In this document: positions 1 through 8,763 of the stretch, piece by piece
How positions within the stretch are numbered: the first letter of the stretch is position 1
Layout of the letters: every line of letters begins with the position of its first letter
Origin: Candidatus Micrarchaeota archaeon
GTDB lineage: Archaea > Micrarchaeota > Micrarchaeia > Norongarragalinales > SBBD01
DNA: 49,041 nt
Assembly (NCBI GenBank): GCA_038046605.1
Contig: JBBSVW010000009.1
Location: forward strand, 4,940-53,980
Reading direction: 5' to 3'
Translations under genes and position numbers: made by a program
Notes under the pieces: generated by a model
What the model saw: only the letters and a program-made list of their open reading frames with translations
Told to the model about the DNA's origin: nothing
Databases searched by the model: none

Positions 1-2
1 GT

Positions 3-344
3 CACGACGCCGATGATGGCCCCGGTCTCCCTGGACTGGGAGAAGGCGATTGGTATGCCCCCTATAACCACGCCGACTTTCATATGCGTGTGCGTGGAGC
101 CAACTGGCCCGATTCCCTTGTTAGCAGCGGCTGCGGATACGAGCATATAACCTAAACCTAACATGACGATCAGCACGGCCGCAATAATCCCGTATTTTTT
201 TATTTGCTTCTTCTTCCCGTCATCAAAGTAAGGCGGCTTCGCCTGGATCTCGGCAAAATGCTTCGCTTCCGCATGCTGCTTGAGCGCCTCGGGCGTATTG
301 AACCCTCCCCCGCAATATTTGCAAGCAAGCGTATAATCAGCCAA
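3..344 (-). CDS. Partial (runs off window start) membrane protein with N-terminal C2H2 zinc finger
   Basis: Manual translation, absent from the ORF track. TTG start at 344 after a GAGGG RBS gives MADYTLACKYCGGGFNTPEALKQHAEAKH (C-x2-C-x12-H-x4-H), then KKKQIKK, a TM helix (YGIIAAVLIVMLGLGYMLV) and GPVGSTHTH. No stop before the window edge. Confidence 0.7.
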   Translation of the reverse strand, partial: MADYTLACKYCGGGFNTPEALKQHAEAKHFAEIQAKPPYFDDGKKKQIKKYGIIAAVLIVMLGLGYMLVSAAAANKGIGPVGSTHTHMKVGVVIGGIPIAFSQSRETGAIIGVV

Positions 345-430
345 TTCAAACCCTCAAAAATAGATTACAACACAAAGGAAATATAGCGAATAAGGCAATT
401 ATTGGAACTTTTCCCTGCCTTATTGCGTCA

Positions 431-532
431 GAAGCCTCGAGGCTTCTTAGCATTAGCAGGCGCTTTGAGCGCCTGCGTAATCTCATATAGCGGTTTTATT
501 TGAATGTTCCGTTATTTTATTTAACCGCTATA
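431..532. repeat. Cluster of intergenic inverted repeats
   Basis: GAAGCCTCGAGGCTTC perfect palindrome (431-446); GCAGGCGCT-TTG-AGCGCCTGC (456-476); TATAGCGGTT/AACCGCTATA (486-495/523-532). Confidence 0.7.
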
Positions 533-744
533 AGTTATAAAAAGGATTCGTTCGGCATTTCGGCAGGCTGGTTTTAGACTGTTGAAAAATTGGCTTTGGT
601 TAAAAGGATACAATTGTTTGCATCACGTGCGGCAGGGGGTTTTCGCTTGCAGCTCGCCAAATGCACCTGCTTCAGCTTGAATATTTCAACACCCTTTGGT
701 TTGGAAAACAAACAATTTTATATGCAGAATAACTTTACCTTTCC

Positions 745-3615
745 ATGAGCGTGCAGAATGAAAGGTCCCAAACCGCGATTGAATACCTTCTGCTTATTGG
801 AGCAGCTGTTATTTTCACCATAGTCGTTACCCTTGCAACCCGCGATATCATCTTTCCGGCAGGTGAGAAGCTTGGGATTCTGGGCTGGAAATTTTGGCAG
901 GCGCAGGCGAGTTTTGCCGCTACGCCGACCGCAATCATTCCCTCCATTATCGTCACTGCCGGCGGTTGCACTCCGGGTTTGCCGTGCCCAAACCCGCTGC
1001 AATACTGCTCCGGCAATTCCTTCTGCACAGGCTACATATGCGATTCGAATAACCAGTGCACCATCCCCTCCAACGGCCAATGCACCAGCTGCGGGGCGGA
1101 GACGTTCATAAACTCCACGTGCGCTCCCGGCTATGCGGTGACGCCCTGCGAGGCCTCGTGCACGAATGCTTGCAAAGATCCCGGCGGCGTCTGCGAGCCC
1201 TGCACGCCATCCACTTGCGATGCGACCTGCACTCAGCTTCCCGCATGCACCCCTGGCGATCCTTGCTTTGGCCCTCCGCAATATTGCATTGGAGATTCGG
1301 TTTGCGAGGGGTACCAATGCGACGCTTCAGGGCAATGCACTATCCAATCAAACTCCCTCTGCACATCATGCGGCACAAACACATTCACAAACTCCACCTG
1401 TCCTATAGGATATTCCCTGACAGCTTCCTGCACAACGAGCTGCTCCTACTCTTGCTCTGGTGGCGCGTGTGAGCTTTGTGCGCCGCCTCCCTGCGAGGCT
1501 GAGTGCAGCGCCGTCTGCCCCCCCGGTGAAATCTGCACTGGCCCAACCAATTATTGCAAAAGTGACGCAACCGGCAATTACTTGTGCTCTGGCTACCGCT
1601 GCGATGCCGCAGGCCAATGTACGATTATATCCAATGATATCTGTTCTTCATGCGGCTTTACATCCTTCACGAATTCCACCTGCGCCGCAGGGTATGTGCT
1701 ATTGAGTTCATGCACCACCAGCTGCAACAATGTTTGCGCCGCTGGCTCCTGCGCCGCATCATGCGAGCCTCCTGCTTGCGAAGCGCAATGTTCCCCCGCT
1801 TCCTCTTGCACCTTAAGTGCCGCTCCGGGCTCTGGCGTGGGACCCTATTCCAGCACGGTAACAGCAACGTTTTCCAACCTCGAACCGGGGGTAACGAACG
1901 CGCTTCTGAAATGTTTCGCATCGGATGCAGGCGCACCTGCAGCAATTAATATGGTAACCAAGAAGGCAAGCATAGATTGCGATTATCCTGCGGTTCCCGC
2001 TCCTGCAATGTTCGAGCCTCGTGCGTCAGCAATAGGTGGCGCCGCAAGCTGCAATGCGGCGATCGTGGACAATCCGCCCTCCTCCTGCGTGCTGATTGCG
2101 ATTCCAGAATCGGGCGTGGGGCCGTTCAGCAGCACCCTGACCGCCGCCTTTTCCTATCTCGAGCCCGGCGTTTCTCAAGCCCTTATGAAGTGCAGCGCAG
2201 CGGATGCGGGACAAAGCCTGCCCATAGATGCGGTTACGAAAACTTCCACGCGGCTGTGCAATTATCCCGCGGTAGCGAACCCCACCAATAATCTGGCCTC
2301 TGCTGCCGCCATCGGGGGGGCTGCCTCCTGCACCGACACCGTAACCGACAATCCCTCTCCCAGCTGTATCAATTCATGCGGAATTAGTTTAAGCGCGCCC
2401 GGCTATTACGAGTTGTGCAGCGACGTTTCGACCACCTCCACGACCACCCCCTGCGTGACCATAACCTCCTCGGACGTGGAGCTGAACTGCAACAACTACA
2501 AGATGGCCGGCCCTTCCTCAAACTCGGGCAAGGGGATTTTCGTTAATCAGGTTTCCCGGAACGTCATCATCCGGAATTGCAACGTGTTTTCTTTCGGCAC
2601 ACCGCTCAGCATTTCCAATTCCGGCAGCACCGGATCGATAACATTCAAGGACAGCATCATAAGCTTCTCGGCGTTGGTGCACATACTGCTGGGCAAGAAC
2701 ACGGTTCTGGAAAACAACCGTTTCAACCTCGTGAACGGCATCCTGATAGACTCGCGGGGCAATGATGGAGATGACCTCCGCCAAATAACCGGCAATCTGA
2801 TAAACATTTCCGGCGCAAGCGCCAGCAGCCGCGGGATTTGGCTGAATGATGAAAGGCGCGACATTATAAGCGGCAACACGTTCACCCAATACGGTTCTGC
2901 AAGCTCCGCCGGAGCGCGCCTTTTGATGCTTGAGAATTCCGATTTCAATACAATTGAAAACAACATCTTTGAAAAATGGCGGGACTTCAGGGCTGTTTAC
3001 CTCTTAAGCTCCGATAACAACCTCATCCAGCTCAACACCATACGGGATAGCGTTTTTAACGAAAACTTTCTCGTGTTTTTGGAGAGCTCGGGATACAATC
3101 GGATTTACCGGAACAACTTCAACAATTTCGACCTCCTCCAGCTCGCTGGCATCATTAGGCTGTATTCCTTGTCTTCGCTTAACCAGGTTACCGAAAACCA
3201 GATAGCCAACCACGGCGGCGTGGGCGTGTCCAGCGAAACCTCGAACGCAAACAACATTTCCTCCAACACTTTCAGCAATGGCGATGTTGCCGTAATCGTA
3301 AGCGGCTCCAACAACGTCAATATTACTTCAAACACCATTTCGTCCTATAATACGGGAGTGCAGTTGTGGCCGAATTCCCCCTCCGCAAAGATTATAGGCA
3401 ACGTGATGAATTCCATAACGGCGACCGGGGTTGATGTAAGTTCCCCCAATTCCAATATAGAGATCAAGAACAACAACATCAACGCCGGCGGATGCGCGGT
3501 TGATCTGTGCGATCCCCTCAATTCCGGCTGCGGCCTCCTGTGCCCGCTTAACGTTGCCGGCTGCACGAACATTCTCGTGAATGCTAACATTCCAAATAAG
3601 TGTTACATGCCTTGA
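745..3615 (+). CDS. Class III (pilin-like) signal peptide surface protein with three 16-Cys repeats and a C-terminal right-handed beta-helix (pectin lyase/NosD-like)
   Basis: N-terminus ERS-QTAIEYLLLIGAAVIF; three ~90-aa Cys repeats; two ~92-aa repeats (SCTLSAAPGSGVGP/SCVLIAIPESGVGP); many I-x-x-N-x-F/I beta-helix turns. Confidence 0.8.
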   Translation: MSVQNERSQTAIEYLLLIGAAVIFTIVVTLATRDIIFPAGEKLGILGWKFWQAQASFAATPTAIIPSIIVTAGGCTPGLPCPNPLQYCSGNSFCTGYICDSNNQCTIPSNGQCTSCGAETFINSTCAPGYAVTPCEASCTNACKDPGGVCEPCTPSTCDATCTQLPACTPGDPCFGPPQYCIGDSVCEGYQCDASGQCTIQSNSLCTSCGTNTFTNSTCPIGYSLTASCTTSCSYSCSGGACELCAPPPCEAECSAVCPPGEICTGPTNYCKSDATGNYLCSGYRCDAAGQCTIISNDICSSCGFTSFTNSTCAAGYVLLSSCTTSCNNVCAAGSCAASCEPPACEAQCSPASSCTLSAAPGSGVGPYSSTVTATFSNLEPGVTNALLKCFASDAGAPAAINMVTKKASIDCDYPAVPAPAMFEPRASAIGGAASCNAAIVDNPPSSCVLIAIPESGVGPFSSTLTAAFSYLEPGVSQALMKCSAADAGQSLPIDAVTKTSTRLCNYPAVANPTNNLASAAAIGGAASCTDTVTDNPSPSCINSCGISLSAPGYYELCSDVSTTSTTTPCVTITSSDVELNCNNYKMAGPSSNSGKGIFVNQVSRNVIIRNCNVFSFGTPLSISNSGSTGSITFKDSIISFSALVHILLGKNTVLENNRFNLVNGILIDSRGNDGDDLRQITGNLINISGASASSRGIWLNDERRDIISGNTFTQYGSASSAGARLLMLENSDFNTIENNIFEKWRDFRAVYLLSSDNNLIQLNTIRDSVFNENFLVFLESSGYNRIYRNNFNNFDLLQLAGIIRLYSLSSLNQVTENQIANHGGVGVSSETSNANNISSNTFSNGDVAVIVSGSNNVNITSNTISSYNTGVQLWPNSPSAKIIGNVMNSITATGVDVSSPNSNIEIKNNNINAGGCAVDLCDPLNSGCGLLCPLNVAGCTNILVNANIPNKCYMP

Positions 3616-3657
3616 GATATCCCAAGGAAACCCTGCATCCCGCCACGTGTCGCCGCC

Positions 3658-3723
3658 AACCCCTCCAGGGGAGTAGCTCCCCTACACGGGTTGCCCACTA
3701 CCCCCTTATTTACTTCTGCGAAT
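3658..3723 (-). repeat. Hairpin element copy A
   Basis: Minus strand reads AATTCGCAGAAGTAAATAAGGGGGTAGTGGGCAACCC-GTG-TAGGGGAG-CTA-CTCCCCTG-GAG-GGGTTG and aligns with copies B-D. Confidence 0.8.
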
Positions 3724-3736
3724 TCATTCTGGCCAT

Positions 3737-3866
3737 TTTCTCATGCTCCTTTTTCATGCACGACACCTCCAGGGGAGTAACTCCCCTACGCGTGTCGCCT
3801 CTACCCCTTTAGTTACTTCTGCGAATCTGATCCTGACTTCCATTTCTCATGCTCCTTTTTCATGCA
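3737..3866 (-). mobile_element. Hairpin element copy B with exact 24-bp flanking direct repeats
   Basis: TTTCTCATGCTCCTTTTTCATGCA occurs at 3737-3760 and 3843-3866. The 82-bp insert ends CGACAC-GCG-TAGGGGAG-TTA-CTCCCCTG-GAG-GTGTCG (minus strand) directly against the repeat. Confidence 0.75.
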
Positions 3867-4250
3867 TCTGTTCATCACAATCAGTAGCCCGTTTTCCTTG
3901 GCAAATAATTCCGTTTCCTTGCTTATGATTCCCTCCTGGAGCCAGATCGCCTTGGCATTTATTTCAACCGCCGCCTCGGCAATCTCAAGGCAGAATTGCG
4001 CTTTCCGGAAAACAACAACCGCATCCACCTGCAGGGTATTTGGAATTGACTGCAATGCCGGGTAGCATATTAGGCCTTCCCAATTTCCCATATTGGGATT
4101 CACGGGGATGATTTTGTACCCTTTTAGCAATAGGTATTTTGCAACATAATTGCTTGGCCGCTTCGAATCGCTGGATATTCCAACAACTGCAATCACCTTT
4201 GAGCTTGTCAGGATTTTTTTGATTATTTCCTTTTCAGAGATTACAGACAT
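3813..4250 (-). CDS. CoA-binding protein (YccU-like Rossmann fold)
   Basis: IAVVGIS..KRPSNYVAKYL..GYKIIPVNP, VDAVVVFR, AIWLQEG and MNRCMKKEH motifs. Confidence 0.9.
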   Translation of the reverse strand: MSVISEKEIIKKILTSSKVIAVVGISSDSKRPSNYVAKYLLLKGYKIIPVNPNMGNWEGLICYPALQSIPNTLQVDAVVVFRKAQFCLEIAEAAVEINAKAIWLQEGIISKETELFAKENGLLIVMNRCMKKEHEKWKSGSDSQK

Positions 4251-4314
4251 TTCATTTTACCCCTAAGAGCTTATTCTGGATGTATTTTTACACTAATAGG
4301 TACATTGGCAATTT

Positions 4315-4392
4315 GATTCACAAAAGTAAATAAGGGGGCAGAGGCAACACGAGTAGGGGGCTTAGCCCCCTATAGGTGTTAAGGGTTTCCTT
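4315..4392 (+). repeat. Hairpin element copy C
   Basis: GATTCACAAAAGTAAATAAGGGGGCAGAGGCAACAC-GAG-TAGGGGGC-TTA-GCCCCCTA-TAG-GTGTT; inverted relative to copies A and B. Confidence 0.8.
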
Positions 4393-4522
4393 CGTTTTTT
4401 AAACTTATCATAAGATAAGTATGCTGATTTTGGATGGAAATGGTGAAAAAACGGGTTTTGACCTTTCCCTAAATGGCAGTATTTCATTTTCCACAAAAAA
4501 TAATGCAATTCAAGGTGAGCGG

Positions 4523-5770
4523 ATGGACAACAAGAGCGTTTTCAACGGGATAATCATAGGGATACTTTTAGTTCTCGTAGTTGCGGGAGGCTATTTTGTG
4601 CTAATCTCGATTGGCGCAATTGGAGGAGGACCGCAAAAGCCAACCCCTACAAGCTCCATCACCACGATAACGCCAACACCGTCCGTGTCGGCGCCAAAAA
4701 TCGACATTATTATGCTTACTGCCCCCGAATGCACGGATTGCTTTGACATAGAGGCAATCCCATACGTGCTCCAGCAAAATGGTGCGCAGGTCACCCAGAA
4801 AAAGGTGATTTATACTTCCGATGAAGGAAAAGCGCTTATAGGAAAATTCAACGTTACAAAACTTCCAACGGCCATCGTTTCAGGAGAAATATCCAAAATC
4901 CCCGAATTCGAAGGGCTACTTTTAAAGGCCGGTGAAAAAATTGATGGGAAATTCGTCCTCAAGGACATTGCCCCACCATACCTGGATTTGGAGTTAGGCA
5001 AAATAATTGGGAAAATCAAATATGCGACAATTTACGATCAATTCTGTTTTGAGTGCAGGAAGGCAAGCGTCCCGATCCAAAGTTCGGCTGTGAATTTCAG
5101 CCTCCTTGCAGAAACACTAAAGGAGGTGTTCTCGATTGGGATAGCCGAAGATATCGAATACGAGGCCAACACAACAATGGCTAGGGAGCTCATTCAAAAA
5201 TACAAGCTGGAAAAGCTGCCGGCAATCATAATGTCGGATGACATATTGGCATACCCCGCGCTTGAGGCTATTTTTGCCAACATCTCGACTATCGAAAGCG
5301 ATGGAAGCTATGTTTTAAGGAAATTGAATCCACCCTACCTGAATTTGTCAACGGGCAAGGCAGGCGGGCTGGTTTCATTTGTCTACATAAAGGCAGGTGC
5401 TAGCTGCGAACCGGAATGCTACGATTATACGGTCCATACAACAGCCCTGAATAATCTTGGGGTAATGGCCACTTCCTCGTATTATTATGACTACGATTCG
5501 TCCCCGGGAAGGAATTATACGAAAATGTACAATATCACAAAGGTCCCAACCGTGCTCATATCCCCGGAGGTCAAATTGTATCCCGCATTCATGAGCGTCT
5601 ATAAGCAGATTGGCGATTTTGAGAAGGATGGCTGGTTTGTGTTCCGCAACTTCAAGGTGCTGGAAGGGGCGTGGTTTTTCGACCTTACCACAAACACCAC
5701 GGCTACACTTGACCCGAATTTGGCAAATCAGGCAACGGGAGGCAACTTGCCACCAAATATTGGAGGCTAG
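4523..5770 (+). CDS. Membrane-anchored protein with three thioredoxin-like (CxxC) repeats
   Basis: AGGTGA RBS before ATG 4523; N-terminal TM and PT linker; repeats with CTDC, CFEC and CEPEC, each followed by K(F/Y)(N/K)xxK(L/V)P and later by a G-x-aromatic-V-(L/F)-(K/R) motif. Confidence 0.7.
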   Translation: MDNKSVFNGIIIGILLVLVVAGGYFVLISIGAIGGGPQKPTPTSSITTITPTPSVSAPKIDIIMLTAPECTDCFDIEAIPYVLQQNGAQVTQKKVIYTSDEGKALIGKFNVTKLPTAIVSGEISKIPEFEGLLLKAGEKIDGKFVLKDIAPPYLDLELGKIIGKIKYATIYDQFCFECRKASVPIQSSAVNFSLLAETLKEVFSIGIAEDIEYEANTTMARELIQKYKLEKLPAIIMSDDILAYPALEAIFANISTIESDGSYVLRKLNPPYLNLSTGKAGGLVSFVYIKAGASCEPECYDYTVHTTALNNLGVMATSSYYYDYDSSPGRNYTKMYNITKVPTVLISPEVKLYPAFMSVYKQIGDFEKDGWFVFRNFKVLEGAWFFDLTTNTTATLDPNLANQATGGNLPPNIGG

Positions 5771-5904
5771 TATTGTTGCAGTTGGCGATAGGGAGCTAGG
5801 CATAACCTTGCCCCCTTTTTTATTTTCTTTTCATGTAAGCGCCAGTGCCAAGCATCAAGGCGGAAAGGCACCTTTTTAATTTCTTATTTCAAGAGCTTAG
5901 TTGC

Positions 5905-6702
5905 ATGAACAACAGGATTTGGCAATTGGACTTCGCAAGGGGGATTGCGGTTATTGGGATGGTTGCCTACAATTGGCTCTTTGCGCTGGCTTACCTTGGA
6001 AAAATTGATTTTCCAATCAATGATCCCCCTTATTTCTGGTTTGCACGGATTGTGGCATTTTGCTTTGTGTTCATTGCAGGCGCATCCCTTGCAATAAGCT
6101 ACAAAAGGGCAATTGCCTCTAGAAGGGGCAGCGAACACCTTGGCAAAACCGCAATATACAAATTCCTTACGCGCGGGCTTAAACTATTCGGGCTTGGGCT
6201 ATTGATTACGCTTGCAACCTATCTCTACGAACCAAGCGCCACAATCTGGTTTGGGATTTTGCACCTGCTTGGAATTTCAAGCCTACTGGCATTGCCAATA
6301 ATTGATGCATTGGAAAGGGGAAAAATACGAATGAGGAGCATCACCTTAATTTCCGCCTCAATCATACTTGCCGGAATTTTGCTCCCAGGCATGTCATTTG
6401 ATTTTCCATACCTTCTCTGGCTTGGCTTTTGGCCAAATGGCTGGTACACGTTTGATTATTTCCCCATTTTGCCATGGTTCGGGTTCTTTTTGATGGGAAT
6501 TGTTGCCGGCAAAAAATGGTTTTGGAGGAAGGAAAAAACCGCAAATGGAGCAAAGGGGGGCATGAAACCCAAATCGGCATCCAATTATCCGCCTGCCCCA
6601 AAATTGCTTGCCCCGATCGCATTTTTAGGAAGGCATTCGCTGTTCATATATTTGGCGCATCAGCCGATATTGCTTTTAGCGGTAAAACTAGGCTTGCTTT
6701 AA
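5905..6702 (+). CDS. DUF1624 / heparan-alpha-glucosaminide N-acetyltransferase-like membrane protein
   Basis: RIWQLDFARGIAVIGMV, FGILHLLG, DYFPILPW and LGRHSLFIYLAHQP motifs. Confidence 0.85.
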   Translation: MNNRIWQLDFARGIAVIGMVAYNWLFALAYLGKIDFPINDPPYFWFARIVAFCFVFIAGASLAISYKRAIASRRGSEHLGKTAIYKFLTRGLKLFGLGLLITLATYLYEPSATIWFGILHLLGISSLLALPIIDALERGKIRMRSITLISASIILAGILLPGMSFDFPYLLWLGFWPNGWYTFDYFPILPWFGFFLMGIVAGKKWFWRKEKTANGAKGGMKPKSASNYPPAPKLLAPIAFLGRHSLFIYLAHQPILLLAVKLGLL

Positions 6703-6748
6703 AAAAAACTAAATCAGATTGTGGATATAAAATAAAAAAAGAGGGAAA

Positions 6749-7042
6749 TCAGCCAAACAGGGACGCTAGCCCTGCAGCAGCCTCCTCCTCCTTCTTCTCC
6801 TCGCTGACCTCATCCTTCTTGTCGGCCTTCGCGGCAGGAGCGCCTGCTGTTGGGGCTGCTGCGACAATTGCCGCCTGCTTGATTGCCTCGTCAATGTTGA
6901 CTCCATCAAGCGATGAAACGAGTGATTTTACCTTTGCCTCATCGGCGTGGACGCCAGCTGCGCTTAGTGCCTTCTTGACGTTCTCCTCGCTTATCGGTTG
7001 CTTGTTTGCATGAAGCAACAATGCCGCATAAACATATTCCAT
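6749..7042 (-). CDS. rpl12: 50S ribosomal protein L12 (archaeal P1 stalk protein)
   Basis: [11 protein letters not shown] start; [13 protein letters not shown] end. Confidence 0.97.
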   Translation of the reverse strand: MEYVYAALLLHANKQPISEENVKKALSAAGVHADEAKVKSLVSSLDGVNIDEAIKQAAIVAAAPTAGAPAAKADKKDEVSEEKKEEEAAAGLASLFG

Positions 7043-7110
7043 AACAAAACACCTTTTTACAGACCTATTTTTTTGAAATTAAAAATATTAAAATGTTGTC
7101 ATTGGGGGCA

Positions 7111-7995
7111 TCAGGCGCTAGGCGCACTTCCCGGAGCTGCGTTTGCTGCATCTGCTCCCGGAGCTGCGTTTTCCCCTGCGGCTCCGCCTGCGCTTTTACC
7201 ATCGCTTTTCTCGCCTTCCTTTGCTTTTCCTCCTTTTGCCCCGATCATTGCATTTATCGCAATTGCCTGCCTTGCCGCCTTCTCAAGCAGCAGGGGCATC
7301 GAATGCTTGTTGTAGATTTCCGCAAATACCGCCAAATTGATTGCCTGATGGCGGCCCAAAACCAGCGAATCAAGCCAGAATTTATCATCAAGGTCTAGCA
7401 CATCCGCTTTGTAGATGAGGCCATCCTCGAAGGCTGCGGCCATTTTTAGGCCAACATCCATGGGCTCAATTGAAAGCTTTGAAAGTATTTTTGCTACGGC
7501 TTCGGAAATTGGCTCGCCCTTCCTAGCAACAAGTGCATCCTTGGAAATCACTACCTTTGGCCCCTGGATCTTTGCTTCTATTTTGGCCTGCTTAAGTTCC
7601 GTGAGCACGGGGCCGGGAGGCAGATTTGTTTCGCCCGCAGGGATCACGATGTCATTTGGGGCGATCTGGCCGGCCTTTGCAATAGTTTTGCTCTTGCTTT
7701 CCCTAAGAAGCTTTGCCAATTTGAATGCGGAAACGGATGAGAATACTATTGCACAGCTGCCCTCAAGGTACTTTTCGAGTTCCTTTAGATCGGGCCGTGC
7801 TTCCTCAATTGCGCGCCTGACCAGCGTTTCCCTTGTGAGGAAGGTTTCGGCGCTTCCGCGGATCTTCTTCCTTATCTGGTTGTAGTGCCTTGTTGGCAAA
7901 TTCTGCACACTGGCAATTGCCACTACCTTGCTCTCCCTAAGCTTCTTCTTCAATTGCTCGACTACTCGTTGCTTTCCAGCCTTGCTTAAAACCAT
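7111..7995 (-). CDS. rpl10: 50S ribosomal protein L10 (archaeal P0)
   Basis: AKAGQIAPNDIVIPAGETNLPPGP domain II; located between L1 and L12. Confidence 0.95.
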   Translation of the reverse strand: MVLSKAGKQRVVEQLKKKLRESKVVAIASVQNLPTRHYNQIRKKIRGSAETFLTRETLVRRAIEEARPDLKELEKYLEGSCAIVFSSVSAFKLAKLLRESKSKTIAKAGQIAPNDIVIPAGETNLPPGPVLTELKQAKIEAKIQGPKVVISKDALVARKGEPISEAVAKILSKLSIEPMDVGLKMAAAFEDGLIYKADVLDLDDKFWLDSLVLGRHQAINLAVFAEIYNKHSMPLLLEKAARQAIAINAMIGAKGGKAKEGEKSDGKSAGGAAGENAAPGADAANAAPGSAPSA

Positions 7996-8124
7996 GTTTT
8001 TTCAACCAAATGAATGTTTTTTTCCGAATCGATTTTTTCCCATTGAAGCGAATTAGAGAAATTAATGGATCAACCCCCCAATCCACCCCGACGTTTTGCC
8101 ATATTCCAAATTATCATTAATTTT

Positions 8125-8763
8125 CTAGCTGCCGTATTTAATCCTGACGGGCCTCCCCATCGTAAGCTTGATATATAGCGCATCTATTTGCGTGTCGGAA
8201 AGCTTCTTTTTAAGCGCTTCTAGCACGGCGTAAATGTTTTCCGCAATTTCAAGGGGCACCATTGTCTCCTTGCCAACGATGCAGTGAAGGACGGGAAGGT
8301 ATTTGCCCTTTGTTTTGACATTGATTGTCCTGCTTGTCCTAAGCGCAAGTTCCTTGAGATTGGCATTTGGGGGAATTGGCTTTGGAAGCTTTCCCTTTGC
8401 TCCCAGCAATTGGCCCAGCACTTTTCCAATCGTGGTCATGAGCTGGGGCGTGGCAAGAAGAGTGTATTTCACGAGCTCCTTTTGCTTTTTCCTGTCGGTT
8501 GCGTAAATGTTGATCTCATCCCCCCCAATAACAAGGTCCACAACCTTCTTGGCATCAACGGCAAGCTGGCCATCGGCAAAAACCGCAACCCTCGCCTCGC
8601 GGGGGGCATATGGCAAAACAACATCCACATTGACCCGATTTTCGGGCTTCTTGAAATCCACATCGCGAAGGTTGACCGCAAGGTCTACTGACTGGGCGAA
8701 CTTGCGCTTGCCTTTATCTACCAGTATAGCCTCAATTGCCTTTGTAAGCTGCGCTTTTTCCAT
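8125..8763 (-). CDS. rpl1: 50S ribosomal protein L1
   Basis: KRKFAQSVDLAVNLRDVD, LGAKGKLPKP and YIKLTMGRPV motifs. Confidence 0.96.
   Translation of the reverse strand: MEKAQLTKAIEAILVDKGKRKFAQSVDLAVNLRDVDFKKPENRVNVDVVLPYAPREARVAVFADGQLAVDAKKVVDLVIGGDEINIYATDRKKQKELVKYTLLATPQLMTTIGKVLGQLLGAKGKLPKPIPPNANLKELALRTSRTINVKTKGKYLPVLHCIVGKETMVPLEIAENIYAVLEALKKKLSDTQIDALYIKLTMGRPVRIKYGS

Noticed and set aside
718-3590. Numerous antisense and alternate-frame ORFs overlapping long genes (here and throughout the window)
   Set aside because: These are shadow ORFs of well-supported CDSs, with no motifs or RBS support.
3658-3866. Possible CRISPR mini-array or DGR template/variable repeat pair
   Set aside because: There are only two units and no cas or RT gene in the window. 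The differences include an indel and are not adenine-specific.
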